Positions 19,404 through 28,430 of a stretch of 64,000 bases of DNA are shown here, in pieces. Source of the DNA: Candidatus Latescibacterota bacterium. Lineage in GTDB: Bacteria > Latescibacterota > UBA2968. Within the stretch, counting starts at the first letter, position 1. Each line of letters begins with the position of its first letter. The notes under the pieces were generated by a model. That model made no database searches, had not been told where the DNA came from, and saw only the letters and a list, made by a program, of their open reading frames with translations. Position numbers and translations under genes: made by a program. The DNA is taken from positions 5,056,001 to 5,120,000 of the forward strand of contig OZ241986.1 of the NCBI GenBank assembly GCA_965204375.1, given 5' to 3'.

Positions 19404-21389
19404 ATGCTCCCACAACTCGGTAACTTCCTTCTCTATCTCGCCCTATTCACCTCGGCTTATGCGGTCATCGCCGCAATTCTCGCTGCCAAAACCCGGCGAA
19501 TGGGCCTTATTCTGAGCACTGAACGCGCAGTCCTCACAGGTTTTGTACTCTGCCTCTCCGCCATGGCCATTCTCGAAGTGCTCTTCCTCACAGACCGCTT
19601 CGACATCTACTACATCGCCACCCACTCCAGCCGCGACCTGCCCACCGGCTACAAATTCACAGCCGTCTGGTCTGGCATGCAGGGATCGCTCTTGCTCTGG
19701 GCATTGATCCTATCCGGATTCATATTCTTTGCCGTCGTCAAAACCCGTGCCTTCCGCGGACCCCTCGCCTCTTATGCCACGGCCATCATGTCCTTCACGC
19801 TGACCTTCTTCCTCGCGCTCATCTGCATCCACGAAAATCCATTTGTCACCATGCCGCGTGCCCTGCCCGATGGAACCGGCATGAATCCCTTGCTCGTCCA
19901 TCCCGTCATGGCCATCCACCCCCCCATGCTCTATCACGGCTACGTCGGCTTTACCGTACCCTTTGCCTTTGCAATGGCCGCCCTCTTATCCAGACAAATC
20001 GACGAAGAATGGATTCGCACTACCCGCCGCTGGACCCTCCTCGCCTGGTTCTTCCTGGGCACGGGACAACTCCTCGGCGGCAAATGGGCCTACGTCGTCC
20101 TCGGCTGGGGCGGATACTGGGGCTGGGACCCGGTCGAAAACGCCGCCCTCTTGCCCTGGCTAACGGGCACAGCCTTCTTGCACTCCGTCATGATCCAGGA
20201 AAAAAAGGGCATGCTCAAAATCTGGAACATGGTCCTTATCATCGCCACCTACACCCTGTGCATCTACGGCACCTTCCTCACCCGAAGTGGCGTCGTATCC
20301 TCTGTACACGCGTTTGCCCAGTCTCCCATTGGGCCCTGGTTTGGCGTCCTTGTCGTCCTGATCGTCATCTTCTCAAGCCTCCTCCTCGTCTCGCGCCTGG
20401 ACCTGCTCAAAACCAAAACACAATACGAATCTCCCATCTCGCGCGAAGGTGGTTTTTTGCTCAATAATCTGCTCTTCCTCACCGCCACATTCGCCGTCTT
20501 CTGGGGCGTCATGTTTCCCGTGATCTCTGAAGCCGTTACCGGTGACAAAATCACCGTAGGTCCTCCCTACTTCAACACCGTCATGGTACCCATTGGCCTG
20601 CTCCTGCTCGTACTCACGGGCATAGGACCCTTGCTCGCCTGGCGGCGCACCTCGGGCAAAAGCCTGAGAAAGCACTTCACGGGATCGAGCATCATGGGAC
20701 TGATTTGCGGCATCGTCGCCATCGCCCTGGGTGTACGCGACATCTACGCCATCATCTCCTTCATCTTCTGCGGCTTTGTCACAGGCACCATCATCACCGA
20801 ATTTCATCGCGGCGCGCGCGCGCGCGGCAGCAGCTCTGGCGAATCCTATCTCCGCGCAATCGTCAACCTCACCCGGCGAAATCGCCGTCGATATGGCGGT
20901 TATATCATCCACTTTGGCGTGGTCCTGCTCTTCATCGGATTTACCGGCAATGCGTTCAACAAAGATTCCCAGGTCGAACTCAAATACATGGAATCCACCG
21001 ACATCGGCCCCTACACACTCACCTATGAAGGCATTACCGAATCCACCAATCCACTCACCTGGGACATCGTCGCCCAGCTCGGCGTCTATAAACACGGACA
21101 GCGATTGGGCACCATGTGGCCCCACCAAAAAGTCTATTACAAACGACAGGATCAACAAAGAACCACAGAAGTCGCCATCCGATCCAACCTGCGCGAAGAC
21201 CTCTACGCGCTCTATCAGGGCGTTGACATGCGAGACGGCGAAGAAATCGCCCTCTTTCACCTGTACATCAACCCCCTCGTCATGTGGGTCTGGATAGGCG
21301 CGTGGATCATCACAATCGGCACCATCATCGTCATGTGGCCCGACAAGCGCGAAAAACAGGTGATGCAAATGCGGGAGGCGATGGCATGA
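19404..21389 (+). CDS. ccmF: Heme lyase CcmF
   Basis: HPPMLY, WGGYWGWDPVENAAL (WWD domain), TFLTRSGVVSSVHAF. Confidence 0.97.
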   Translation: MLPQLGNFLLYLALFTSAYAVIAAILAAKTRRMGLILSTERAVLTGFVLCLSAMAILEVLFLTDRFDIYYIATHSSRDLPTGYKFTAVWSGMQGSLLLWALILSGFIFFAVVKTRAFRGPLASYATAIMSFTLTFFLALICIHENPFVTMPRALPDGTGMNPLLVHPVMAIHPPMLYHGYVGFTVPFAFAMAALLSRQIDEEWIRTTRRWTLLAWFFLGTGQLLGGKWAYVVLGWGGYWGWDPVENAALLPWLTGTAFLHSVMIQEKKGMLKIWNMVLIIATYTLCIYGTFLTRSGVVSSVHAFAQSPIGPWFGVLVVLIVIFSSLLLVSRLDLLKTKTQYESPISREGGFLLNNLLFLTATFAVFWGVMFPVISEAVTGDKITVGPPYFNTVMVPIGLLLLVLTGIGPLLAWRRTSGKSLRKHFTGSSIMGLICGIVAIALGVRDIYAIISFIFCGFVTGTIITEFHRGARARGSSSGESYLRAIVNLTRRNRRRYGGYIIHFGVVLLFIGFTGNAFNKDSQVELKYMESTDIGPYTLTYEGITESTNPLTWDIVAQLGVYKHGQRLGTMWPHQKVYYKRQDQQRTTEVAIRSNLREDLYALYQGVDMRDGEEIALFHLYINPLVMWVWIGAWIITIGTIIVMWPDKREKQVMQMREAMA

Positions 21390-21844
21390 AGCCCGCAATC
21401 CTCATCCCGATATTCTTTCTTCTCTTCGCAATACCCGTCCGCGCCGAAGTGACCCAGGAACAGGTTGATGAAGTGGGCAAAGAACTCGCCTGCTTGTGCG
21501 GGGACTGCCCGCGCCGACCACTGGATGAATGCATTTGTGGGTATGCACTGCAACAGAAAGACCGCATCAAAAAAATGCTGGCCTCCGGTCAAACATCGCA
21601 GGCCATTATCGATGCTTATATACGTGAATTTGGCCTGGAAATCCTCTCCAAACCGCCAGCCAAAGGCTTCAACCTCGTAGCATGGATCATGCCGCCCCTC
21701 GTTCTTCTTCTCGGATTCTTCGCCGTACGCAGCGTGCTCCGAATCTGGTCAAAAACAAAAAGTCCCACCACACCAGCATCACAACCCGCGCGCGATGATC
21801 CGTACCTCGACCGCCTTGAAAGCGACCTCAAGGAGCGCGAGTGA
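21386..21844 (+). CDS. ccmH: CcmH/NrfF-type protein
   Basis: ELACLCGDC, IIDAYIREFGLEILSKPP, WIMPP TM; ATGA overlap with ccmF. Confidence 0.85.
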   Translation: MKPAILIPIFFLLFAIPVRAEVTQEQVDEVGKELACLCGDCPRRPLDECICGYALQQKDRIKKMLASGQTSQAIIDAYIREFGLEILSKPPAKGFNLVAWIMPPLVLLLGFFAVRSVLRIWSKTKSPTTPASQPARDDPYLDRLESDLKERE

Positions 21845-22224
21845 TGATCATTGCCGCTTTTATCCTCATCGCAGCGGGCATCTTGCTCTTTATATTCACA
21901 CCGCTGTTCGACCCCCGCGACACCAGCACCATCAACCAGATCTCCCGCAGAGAAGCGCGGCGGCGAGAACTGATCGAACAGCGCGACATGGTCTATGAAG
22001 CCATCCGCGAACTCGACTTTGACCATCGCATGGGAAAAGTCGAAGAAGACGACTACCGGCAAACCCGCGCCCGTTATACGGCACAAGCAGTAGAACTCAT
22101 CAAATCCCTCGACAAAGCCGCTGAACGCACAGACCGCCCCGCCCCCAAACCGCAGGGAATCTCCGACCAGATAGAAAAAGAAATCGCCGCCATTCGTCGT
22201 ACCAGAAAAAAACGTAACAAATGA
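21841..22224 (+). CDS. CcmI-like membrane-anchored protein
   Basis: TM then AIRELDFDHRMGKVEEDDY. Confidence 0.7.
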   Translation: MMIIAAFILIAAGILLFIFTPLFDPRDTSTINQISRREARRRELIEQRDMVYEAIRELDFDHRMGKVEEDDYRQTRARYTAQAVELIKSLDKAAERTDRPAPKPQGISDQIEKEIAAIRRTRKKRNK

Positions 22225-22254
22225 AAGGCGTGAAAAAATTAAAAATATCCACTT

Positions 22255-22575
22255 ATGAAATGGGAAATCATATACTTCAACAGCACAGTAAAAAAATCTG
22301 TTGAAACACTTCCAAAAGGATTATATGCACGTTTCTTGCGCATGGCAACAATGATGCGCGAAAACGGTCCTAATTTGGGAATGCCGCATACAAAGTCCAT
22401 GGGGGATGGGCTGTTTGAGATGCGCTTGAGAGCTATGGAGGGAATTGCCCGAATTTTTTACTGCACTATTATTGGCAACCGAATTTACCTGCTACATAGC
22501 ATAATAAAGAAAACTCAGAAAACACCCCAAATAGACCTGGAGATTGCAAAACGTAGAATGAAGGAGGTTAAGTAA
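22255..22575 (+). CDS. higB: RelE/HigB (Gp49-like) toxin
   Basis: GPNLGMPHTKSMGDGLFEMR, ARIFY, LLHSIIKKTQKTP. Confidence 0.88.
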   Translation: MKWEIIYFNSTVKKSVETLPKGLYARFLRMATMMRENGPNLGMPHTKSMGDGLFEMRLRAMEGIARIFYCTIIGNRIYLLHSIIKKTQKTPQIDLEIAKRRMKEVK

Positions 22576-22576
22576 T

Positions 22577-22897
22577 ATGAAAAGAACTGCCCATAAATTC
22601 GATCCGATTCCACTCGATATAGAAGAAGCGTTGGCAAACAATCCGGATGTAAAAGCAGAATATGATCGCCTTGAGCCAGAGTTTGAGTTGCTCAATACAT
22701 TATTGAAAGCTCGAAAGCGAGCAGGCATGACCCAACTGGATGTTGCAAATGCGATGGGTGTTAAACGTCCGTCTGTGGTACGTTTAGAATCGGCAAACGC
22801 AAGTCATTCGCCAAGCGTAAAGACCTTGCAACAATACGCTGAAGCTGTGGGATGTAAATTGGAAATTAAGTTGATACCGCAACAACGGAAGGCGTAG
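22577..22897 (+). CDS. higA: HTH-XRE antitoxin (HigA)
   Basis: ARKRAGMTQLDVANAMGV..VRLES..PSVKTLQQYAEAVG; directly downstream of the toxin. Confidence 0.88.
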   Translation: MKRTAHKFDPIPLDIEEALANNPDVKAEYDRLEPEFELLNTLLKARKRAGMTQLDVANAMGVKRPSVVRLESANASHSPSVKTLQQYAEAVGCKLEIKLIPQQRKA

Positions 22898-22979
22898 TGA
22901 AGATATTGATAATTAGCTGAGGGGTGTGCAGAAAAGACCAGCAAAGAGGAATTATACTACGAGTGTACTGGAGGATATA

Positions 22980-23840
22980 ATGATTCTAATTGATGGTGAA
23001 TGTCCGATCTGCCGTACTACTAAACTACATCTCAATACCAGCGACCTATCGGAGTGTCCAAAATGTAATTTGATGATTGCCATTTTTGGCCCTATAGCAA
23101 CTGTAATGCCGGAAAGGGGAAATGGAAAGTTTAGATTTGAGGATTGTCCGCCAATACATCGAGAAGGTTTAGCTTTAGCACCCTCCAAAGATGATTCTAT
23201 ATTGCCAGATGAGAAAAATCTTTTTAGAGATTTAAATGCGCTTGAAAAGTACCTACCTGTTGTAAAGCAGGAAAATGAAAATACTGATGACTACCATTTG
23301 TGGTTTGAATTTGTAGATCATTTCAACGTTTGTATTGAGAAATGCTCTGATGAACAATTGTGTCAAGCATGGAGCAGCCGCAAAGATCGTACAAAATTCT
23401 ATACTAAGGACCTTCTACCTCAAGTAGCTAAAAATATGAACTTAGAAATAACCAAAGAAAAGTTTAAAGTTGATTTCGTGATGGGGAAAGAAGATTCATC
23501 TGAACATGTAATTCCTAAGATATATATTGAGTCCGAAAATGTTTTCAACAGTGCAGGACAGGAGATTGAGAAACTTTGTTCATTAAACTCGCCTTTGAGA
23601 ATATTGATTACGGTTGATGAATGGCCTAATGATCCTACAAAAAAATTTAGCAAATTGAGAGAATGGCAATCCATAGTTAAAGCGCATAAAAAACAGAATA
23701 AACAGAATTTTTCAGGAACAATCGGGATATTAATTGGGGCTTTCGAATCTGATATTTTAAGATTTCATGCACTTGCATTTTGGCCTGATGGAGACTTAAG
23801 AGATCCAGAGCATGTGATATTTGAAAGAGAGTTAAATTAA
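22980..23840 (+). CDS. Zn-ribbon plus restriction-endonuclease-like (PD-(D/E)xK) protein
   Basis: RBS GAGG; CPIC/CPKC; E-KFKVD...IYIESEN...EIEKL; AT-rich. Confidence 0.6.
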   Translation: MILIDGECPICRTTKLHLNTSDLSECPKCNLMIAIFGPIATVMPERGNGKFRFEDCPPIHREGLALAPSKDDSILPDEKNLFRDLNALEKYLPVVKQENENTDDYHLWFEFVDHFNVCIEKCSDEQLCQAWSSRKDRTKFYTKDLLPQVAKNMNLEITKEKFKVDFVMGKEDSSEHVIPKIYIESENVFNSAGQEIEKLCSLNSPLRILITVDEWPNDPTKKFSKLREWQSIVKAHKKQNKQNFSGTIGILIGAFESDILRFHALAFWPDGDLRDPEHVIFERELN

Positions 23841-23881
23841 GGGGAGGGACTATATAGGATAGTGCCGAAGCAGAGAGTGAG

Positions 23882-23912
23882 AAAAGGCTACGTCTCGAAA
23901 GACGTAGCCTTT
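23882..23912 (+). terminator. Intrinsic terminator
   Basis: AAAGGCTACGTCT-CGAA-AGACGTAGCCTTT perfect stem. Confidence 0.85.
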
Positions 23913-23962
23913 GTTATTTGCCAGAAGTTATAGATTACGCAAGAATCACCACCACATGGTCA

Positions 23963-24190
23963 AGCGGTACATATCTTTCACCTGACCACCCATTCACCGC
24001 TCAAAATGTACACGATATTGTTCTGCACCAAACGGGCGAACCACAAATTCAGGTTGTAAAAAAGGGCACAATACAGCATATTGAAGACATAATAAGGGTA
24101 TTTAAGTACTGTCTATACTATTTGTCGTGCGATGCTGTGACATTGGCCTGATATTTGCTTTGGATTCTGACAGTTGCGTGTATTCCAAAA
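23963..24190 (+). promoter_or_regulatory. Conserved non-coding leader, copy A (sigma70- and sigma54-like motifs)
   Basis: Four collinear blocks shared with 43580-43835; TTGTAA-17-CATATT; TGGCCTGATATTTGCT (-24/-12). Confidence 0.75.
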
Positions 24191-24222
24191 AGACGCTAAC
24201 CTTCAGATCCGGGGCATCTCTT

Positions 24223-25143
24223 ATGGCAGATATTGACACCATCTCCAAATACCTCATTCAACACTATCCCGACCACTTCGCAAATTTTGCCCTCGCACGA
24301 GACGACATCGAGGTCATTGAAGTCATTGACACGGAGCAACTCACGGTTGAAGCACGACAGTCCGATAGCTTCATCCGCGTGAGAATCGGCGACGAAGAGG
24401 CGTTGGTACATAACGAGTTTCAAACCACCGACAGCACCAATCTGCCTATGCCGCGCCGCATGGCTGGCTATATCGGACGCGCCATTGAGCATCACGGTTT
24501 GCCGATATATTCCAATGTCATCTACCTGCGTCCCAATGCTGGGCAACGCGATCCTGGATTCTACGAGCAAGCCCAGCTTGGCTATCGCGTGGTGATTCAG
24601 TACAATGTGATTCGGCTGATCGAAATAGAAGGCCAACGCATCCTAAATACGGGGCATTCGGGTCTGATTCCTTTCACGCCATTGATGAAGCCACCTGAAG
24701 GGATGGCTTCGGATGCGTGGTTGCATCAGTGTATTCACACGGCTCAGACGAGCCGCATAGAACGGACGCGCAAGGCCAATTATCTGGCATGCATGGCGAC
24801 CTTAAGCGAGTTGGTGTATGAATCTGAAGCGATTTCTGAAATCATTATCAAGGAGGGTATCATGGATCTGATCCGCGAATCATCCCTTATTCAATACTTT
24901 AAGCGAGAAGGCATAGAGGAAGGTATTGAGCAAGGTATTGAGCAAGGTATTGAGCAGGGAGGCAGGCAACGTGCCATTGAAGATCTTCTCGATGTGTTGG
25001 AGATCCGATTTGATATGCCCGAGACACACCCCCTATCCACCCACATTGCCGCCATAGACGATTTGCAACGCCTCAAGCAGTTGCACCGTGCGGCGATACA
25101 GGTGCCCAATCTCGAGGCATTTCAGCGCATGTTAGATGCGTGA
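24223..25143 (+). CDS. Rpn family PD-(D/E)xK recombination-promoting nuclease / putative transposase
   Basis: RQSDSF..LVHNEFQT, MPRRMAGY, VIYLRP, LIPFTPLM, EGIEEGIEQGIEQGIEQG repeats. Confidence 0.85.
   Translation: MADIDTISKYLIQHYPDHFANFALARDDIEVIEVIDTEQLTVEARQSDSFIRVRIGDEEALVHNEFQTTDSTNLPMPRRMAGYIGRAIEHHGLPIYSNVIYLRPNAGQRDPGFYEQAQLGYRVVIQYNVIRLIEIEGQRILNTGHSGLIPFTPLMKPPEGMASDAWLHQCIHTAQTSRIERTRKANYLACMATLSELVYESEAISEIIIKEGIMDLIRESSLIQYFKREGIEEGIEQGIEQGIEQGGRQRAIEDLLDVLEIRFDMPETHPLSTHIAAIDDLQRLKQLHRAAIQVPNLEAFQRMLDA
24862..25143 (+). CDS. Putative intragenic RpnS small protein (in-frame internal start, 93 aa)
   Basis: AAGGAGG Shine-Dalgarno 5 nt before an in-frame ATG (MDLIRESS...). Confidence 0.65.
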   Translation: MDLIRESSLIQYFKREGIEEGIEQGIEQGIEQGGRQRAIEDLLDVLEIRFDMPETHPLSTHIAAIDDLQRLKQLHRAAIQVPNLEAFQRMLDA

Positions 25144-25162
25144 CTTGAAACGCGAGAACAAA

Positions 25163-26197
25163 ATGCAACCAATATTCCTCATCGCATTCCTCACACTTCT
25201 TATCACCTCTCCTACCTTCGCGCTTACGGGTCGCGTCGTCAACCAGACCCTCAATCGGCCCGAACCCGATATTGAAGTCTCTTATATCCTCCATGAAGCC
25301 GGAGACGTCACCGTAGTGCGCGACACCACCGACAGCAAGGGCCAATTCACCCTCGACGTCCCCCCAGACCCAGGCGCCGAACCACCGCCCATGCTATTTG
25401 CCCGATACAACGGCATAGACTACCCGGGCAACCCGGCACCTGCGGGCGACACCGTTGACATCCCCGTATTTGAAACCACGGACTCCGACACCGCCATATC
25501 CCTATCTTCACACCACATCCTCCTCGATGCCCAGGCTGGCACAGTCACATATATTTTCATCGTACACAACCACGGCGACCGCACCTACCTCACGGGCGGC
25601 GACGACGGCCACGGCCTGGAAATACCCCTGCCCGACGGCGTAACCGACATTCTTCGCGCACCGCAAGGCGTACACCTGCACGATACATTGCTCGTTGACC
25701 CACGCCCTATCATCCCCGGAAATAGCCAGACCTTTTTCACATTCTCCATACCCCCGTCCAACCGCATCGCACAACGCATCACCTATCCCACCGCGGGCAT
25801 GGACTTGCTCGTCCAGCCGACTGACACGCCCGTCTCTACAACAGTACTTCGAGACCTCGGGGACGTGACATTGGGTACGAATGTCTTTCGACGCTTTGGC
25901 GCCGAACAACTCGCGCCCGGCACACAGATCGACATCGCACTCTCATCGCCCGAGACCACATTCGCATTCAATTCGCAAACCCCAATATGGATCGCTGCTG
26001 CCAGTGTGGTCGCACTCGCAATCCTCGTCCTGTACATGCGCACGCTCAAAACAACGCCCAATCGGCGCACAATACTGCTCGAACAAATCGCCGACCTCGA
26101 CGAGCGATATGAAAACGGCAACCTCTCGGAAACCGATTACAAAAACAGGCGCAATGCCCTCAAAGCCGAAGTCATTGATCTGTCAGATAGCAACTAA
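25163..26197 (+). CDS. Exported carboxypeptidase-regulatory-like domain protein with C-terminal TM, ccm-associated
   Basis: Signal peptide, LTGRVVNQT, TTDSKGQF, TM, LLEQIADLDERYENGNLSETDY. Confidence 0.75.
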   Translation: MQPIFLIAFLTLLITSPTFALTGRVVNQTLNRPEPDIEVSYILHEAGDVTVVRDTTDSKGQFTLDVPPDPGAEPPPMLFARYNGIDYPGNPAPAGDTVDIPVFETTDSDTAISLSSHHILLDAQAGTVTYIFIVHNHGDRTYLTGGDDGHGLEIPLPDGVTDILRAPQGVHLHDTLLVDPRPIIPGNSQTFFTFSIPPSNRIAQRITYPTAGMDLLVQPTDTPVSTTVLRDLGDVTLGTNVFRRFGAEQLAPGTQIDIALSSPETTFAFNSQTPIWIAAASVVALAILVLYMRTLKTTPNRRTILLEQIADLDERYENGNLSETDYKNRRNALKAEVIDLSDSN

Positions 26198-26904
26198 TGA
26201 ACACGGCCATCGACATACAGAACACAACCCGCCGTTTTGGTCATATCACGGCTCTACAAGACATAAACCTCACCGTACCAACGGGATGTATTTTTGCACT
26301 CTTTGGCCCAAACGGAGCGGGCAAAACAACCCTGTTGCGCCTCATCGCCACACTATCAAAACCATCATCGGGCGACATCTGGGTCAGCAATATAGACACC
26401 CGGCGTAATCCGCATGAAATACGAAAAAATATCGGATTCATCTCGCATCAAACCATGCTCTACGACGACCTCACAGCGCGAGAAAATCTCGCATTCTACG
26501 GACGCATGTACGGCCTCCAAAACCTCAATACCCGCATTGAAGAAGTCCTCCTCGCCGTTGGCCTGAAAGATCGCCAGCGCGACCGGATACACAAATTTTC
26601 CCGGGGCATGAAACAGCGACTGGCCATTGCCCGGGCCATCTTGCACCACCCATCGACCCTCTTGCTCGACGAACCCTTCACCGGCCTCGACACATCGGCA
26701 CAGTCGGTATTATCCAGCATAATCACCGACCTCAAAGCAGAAGGACGCACCATCTTCCTGGTCACACACGACCTCGCGCGGGGCCTCGCGCTCGCAGACC
26801 GCTTTGGCATCCTCTTTCAGGGCCAATTAGTACACGAAGCACCGTCAAAAGACATCAGTGAATCCGAATTGCAAACCCTCTACGAAACCAAAACCATCCT
26901 TTGA
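26197..26904 (+). CDS. ccmA: Heme ABC exporter ATPase CcmA
   Basis: GPNGAGKTT, FSRGMKQR, LLLDEPFTGLD; ccm context. Confidence 0.9.
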   Translation: MNTAIDIQNTTRRFGHITALQDINLTVPTGCIFALFGPNGAGKTTLLRLIATLSKPSSGDIWVSNIDTRRNPHEIRKNIGFISHQTMLYDDLTARENLAFYGRMYGLQNLNTRIEEVLLAVGLKDRQRDRIHKFSRGMKQRLAIARAILHHPSTLLLDEPFTGLDTSAQSVLSSIITDLKAEGRTIFLVTHDLARGLALADRFGILFQGQLVHEAPSKDISESELQTLYETKTIL

Positions 26905-26906
26905 AA

Positions 26907-27578
26907 ATGCCTCTTTTCTTTACACAAACCCTCGCCATTCTTCAAAAAGATCTCAAAACCGAATGGCGCACCAGAGAACGCCTCAGCGCCATGGCCTTTT
27001 TCGCCTTTCTGGTCGTCATCATCTTCAATTTTATATATGAACCCGGATCGCCAATCATAAAAACCGTCGCCCCCGGCATCTTCTGGATCGCCACAGCTTT
27101 TGCAGGGCTACTGGGCCTCAGCCGGTCTTATGCCATCGAACAACAAAACGACTGCCTGATGGGATTGCGCCTCACACCCGTGGATCCGGGTGCGATCTTT
27201 TTGGGCAAAATGCTGGGCAACACCCTCACCATGCTCATACTCCAGGCACTCATCTTGCCCATCATCGTCATCTTTCTCAACCTGGAAATCGCACAGGAAT
27301 TCCCGCGTCTAATCCTGCCCATCTTGCTGGGCACCCTCGGTCTTGCGGCCATTGGCACCCTCTTCTCAGCCATGTCGCTCAACACCCGATTGCGAGAAGC
27401 CTTCTTACCCCTGCTCACACTGCCCATTTTCATCCCGGCACTTCTCGCAGCCATTGAATCCTTTCGCGCTGTTCTCGAAGGCAGTGAAATCACAGACTGG
27501 CTCGTACTCAGCGGTGCTTTCGTCGCGCTCTACATCGCTGCATGCCTGCTCTTATTTGAATATGTTCTGGAGGATTGA
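26907..27578 (+). CDS. ccmB: Heme exporter permease CcmB
   Basis: KDLKTEWRTRE, AIFLGK, REAFLPLLTLP. Confidence 0.92.
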   Translation: MPLFFTQTLAILQKDLKTEWRTRERLSAMAFFAFLVVIIFNFIYEPGSPIIKTVAPGIFWIATAFAGLLGLSRSYAIEQQNDCLMGLRLTPVDPGAIFLGKMLGNTLTMLILQALILPIIVIFLNLEIAQEFPRLILPILLGTLGLAAIGTLFSAMSLNTRLREAFLPLLTLPIFIPALLAAIESFRAVLEGSEITDWLVLSGAFVALYIAACLLLFEYVLED

Positions 27579-27580
27579 AC

Positions 27581-28258
27581 ATGCCCCAACGTCCCTACAT
27601 CCTTCCCTTTGTCTTCGGTATTCTCGCGCTCATCTGCTTGGGCATTGCGCCCTACCTGGTGTTCATGTACGCCGGAATAGAAAAAGAAATGGGACTGGCA
27701 CAAAAAATTTTCTACTACCACGTTCCATCTGCTTTCTCAATGTTCCTGGGCAGCTTTCTCTGCTTTGTCTTTAGCGTCTTCTATCTTTGGAAACGCGACA
27801 AAAACTGTGACCTGTGGGCAGCGTGTTCAGCCGAAGTGAGCTTGCTCTTTGGCACCCTGGTCTTAATCACAGGTGCGATCTGGGCAAAACCCATCTGGGG
27901 CGCGTGGTGGGTCTGGGATGCACAACTCACCCTCACCCTCATACTCTGGCTCATTCTCGCGGCGTATCACATGTTGCGCACCTACATCGAAGATCCGGTT
28001 CAAAGCGCACGCTTTCGCGCAGTACTCGGCATAATCGGCTTCCTCAACGTACCCTTCATCCACTACGCCACCAAACTGTGGCGCACGCATCACCCGGAAG
28101 TGGTTCGCGGCGAAGAAATCAGCCTGCCGCCCGACATGAAAATCGCTTTTTTCTTTTGCGTCATCACCTTCTTCGCGCTCTTTTTCGCCCTGCTCTTCAA
28201 ACGCGTATCACTCGCAAAAGCACGGGACGAACTCGAATCGCTCAAAGCTGAAATATAA
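27581..28258 (+). CDS. ccmC: Heme exporter/cytochrome c assembly protein CcmC
   Basis: IFYYHVPSA, WAKPIWGAWWVWD, WRTHHP. Confidence 0.93.
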   Translation: MPQRPYILPFVFGILALICLGIAPYLVFMYAGIEKEMGLAQKIFYYHVPSAFSMFLGSFLCFVFSVFYLWKRDKNCDLWAACSAEVSLLFGTLVLITGAIWAKPIWGAWWVWDAQLTLTLILWLILAAYHMLRTYIEDPVQSARFRAVLGIIGFLNVPFIHYATKLWRTHHPEVVRGEEISLPPDMKIAFFFCVITFFALFFALLFKRVSLAKARDELESLKAEI

Positions 28259-28277
28259 CTTTTTTTCGGAGGCACTT

Positions 28278-28427
28278 ATGCAACACCTCGAATACATGAC
28301 CGCGGCGTACATCATCATATGGGTCGCCATCCTGCTCTACTTCTTGAGCCTGTCCAAACGCGAAAAAGCGATATGGGAAGAACTGCGTGAACTACGCGCC
28401 ACCATCACCAAAAACAACACCCCATAG
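28278..28427 (+). CDS. ccmD: CcmD family small membrane protein (49 aa)
   Basis: Below the ORF-track cutoff; RBS GGAGG; MQHLEYMTAAYIIIWVAILLYFLSLSKREK. Confidence 0.8.
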   Translation: MQHLEYMTAAYIIIWVAILLYFLSLSKREKAIWEELRELRATITKNNTP

Positions 28428-28430
28428 CCC

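Noticed and set aside
23918-24151. 77-aa ORF upstream of Rpn
   Set aside because: Overlaps the non-coding leader; the frame is not preserved in copy B.
24223-25143. IS element around Rpn
   Set aside because: No terminal inverted repeats or target duplication found.
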